DNA of 64,000 bases from Desulfurococcaceae archaeon. Its GTDB lineage: Archaea > Thermoproteota > Thermoprotei_A > Sulfolobales > NBVN01. The notes under the pieces were generated by a model. The model ran no database searches. It worked only from the letters and a program-made list of their open reading frames with translations, and was not told where the DNA came from. This document shows positions 62,671 to 64,000 of this stretch, one piece after another. The translations under genes and the position numbers were made by a program. Within the stretch, counting starts at the first letter, position 1, and each line of letters begins with the position of its first letter. The stretch spans positions 7,359-71,358 of the forward strand of contig JAJHQR010000001.1 of NCBI GenBank assembly GCA_020833255.1, in the 5' to 3' direction.

Positions 62671-63435
62671 TTAAACGGAGGCTTCCCTCATCACCTTAGC
62701 TAACTTCCCGTAAATGACTTGATCATCTATTAACTCACGCAACTTCCTCAACACTTTCTCGACGTCGTACTTGACTCTGTAGAAACTCACGCTATTGTCT
62801 GAGGTATCGTATATCGCGTACGAGGCCCTGACATCCCCGTCTCTGGGCTGGCCAGCGCTCCCAGGGTTTACCACGGTTGCTTTCCCAACCTTCCTCAGGA
62901 ATTGGTGGTGGGTGTGCCCCACGAAGTACGTCAACACCCCTAACTCACACCCTTTCCTCCCGGCGCTTAACCTGTAGGACTTCCTTTCTTGGAGTAGGAA
63001 GCATATCTCCTCGTTGCTTAGCCATGGGTATAGGTACCCGTAGAGCGGTTGCTGCAGTGTTCCGTGCACGAGTATTATCGCGGGTTCGGCTGACTCAATC
63101 TTAAGTGTTTCAGGTAGGTCGCTCAGGAATTTCCTATCATTATCTGATAATTTCCTCATCGATATAGCGTTCCTCGTATACTCGCTCACGTCATGTAGTT
63201 CGTGGCCGCACCTGCAGTCCACGTTCTTACCTACCGCCTCGTCGTGATTCCCCTTTATTATCTTAGCGCCGGCCCTCCTCACCTCGTCTAGTACTAGGTC
63301 TGGGTCGGGGCCGTAATCAACTAAATCACCTAACACCACGACCTCGTCGTAATTCCTGGCTACCTCCAGGATAGCTTTCAGTGAGTCGTGGTTTGCGTGT
63401 ATATCTGAGATCAGGAGTATCCTACTCATACTCAC
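62671..63435 (-). CDS. cytoplasmic metallophosphoesterase (YfcE/MJ0936-like)
   Basis: LLISDIHAN, GDLVDYGPDP, GNHD, GHTHH. Confidence 0.8.
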   Translation of the reverse strand: MSMSRILLISDIHANHDSLKAILEVARNYDEVVVLGDLVDYGPDPDLVLDEVRRAGAKIIKGNHDEAVGKNVDCRCGHELHDVSEYTRNAISMRKLSDNDRKFLSDLPETLKIESAEPAIILVHGTLQQPLYGYLYPWLSNEEICFLLQERKSYRLSAGRKGCELGVLTYFVGHTHHQFLRKVGKATVVNPGSAGQPRDGDVRASYAIYDTSDNSVSFYRVKYDVEKVLRKLRELIDDQVIYGKLAKVMREASV

Positions 63436-64000
63436 TCACCTACTAAAGCGTATTCCTTCTCCTTAATAAAGACGACGAGTAAAGCTCCAGCAGCTATTAT
63501 CACTGAAGCGTAACCCACGTTCCTAGTCACCACACTTAAGTCGGTTGTCTCAGAGCTTATCGTGAATTGGTATACCACGTTATCCACTAAATATGCTTGA
63601 GTCTCCTGCACTACCAAGACCTGAGTCGTTATCTTGCCGTAACCATACGCTAGGAAGCCTTCCGAGTCGTAGTACCCCTTGAAGTAATTGATTAGTAAGC
63701 TGACGTTACGCCTCACGTTCCCAACCCTTAAGAGGATTGTGTAGTGCTGGTTCTCTAACTCTACGTTCTTGCCCGCGTAACCCTCACCGTATATTAGTTT
63801 AGCGGCGTTAAGCCTGCTCAGCAATATCCTGGTAGTGTCTAGGGGGGTTTCCGCGATGTAGTTCTGGACGTTAGGTAATTGAATCACCGCGTAATCCCTG
63901 TACGGGGTTCCGTCGTAGGTGTACTGCAGGTTCACGACCTTCACGCTACCTACCTCGGGCAATGCCGTGAGTATGTAGAAACCCCCTAGAATAATCGATA
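63432..64000 (-). CDS. membrane-anchored hypothetical protein, 5' end probably beyond the window
   Basis: The frame stays open upstream of TTG 63962 to the window edge (…SIILGGFYILTALPEVGS). C-terminal TM helix. 4-nt overlap with the phosphoesterase gene. Confidence 0.5.
   Translation of the reverse strand, partial: SIILGGFYILTALPEVGSVKVVNLQYTYDGTPYRDYAVIQLPNVQNYIAETPLDTTRILLSRLNAAKLIYGEGYAGKNVELENQHYTILLRVGNVRRNVSLLINYFKGYYDSEGFLAYGYGKITTQVLVVQETQAYLVDNVVYQFTISSETTDLSVVTRNVGYASVIIAAGALLVVFIKEKEYALVGE

Overview
Dense core-chromosome segment that looks like a hyperthermophilic crenarchaeote. That placement is an inference from gene content: form III RuBisCO, GAPN-type aldehyde dehydrogenase, tungsten-type AOR, indolepyruvate:ferredoxin oxidoreductase, GH57 amylopullulanase, GPN-loop GTPase, full-size type-A RNase P RNA, C/D box sRNAs, and TATA boxes about 25-30 nt from start codons. 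I support about 60 protein genes. Main groups: an Opp-type ABC ATPase pair; a maltodextrin module (surface GH57, binding protein, two permeases) plus a GT35 glucan phosphorylase; a ferredoxin/AOR/MoaD-like operon; a moaD-moaE / moaC-moaA-MoCF molybdopterin cluster; a ThiR-like regulator beside a YkoEDC-type ECF importer; an aminotransferase/ACD-alpha/IorAB amino-acid catabolism cluster; a cysteine synthase/M19 dipeptidase/GGT group; cysS; GAPN divergent from rbcL; and several transporters. The most interesting content is non-coding and absent from the ORF track. (1) Two canonical C/D box sRNAs lie at 10.30-10.58 kb; one has guides antisense to both the 5' and 3' termini of 16S rRNA. (2) An RNase P RNA lies at 44.88-45.20 kb under two spurious ORFs. 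(3) A GC-rich island at 48.73-48.97 kb carries a textbook K-turn/GNRA hairpin of unknown class. (4) A second GC-rich structured island lies at 59.58-59.72 kb. No CRISPR array, tRNA, rRNA, transposase or recognisable defence system was seen. All calls rest on reading motifs by eye. No database search or folding program was run, so family names below superfamily level and all RNA targets are provisional.
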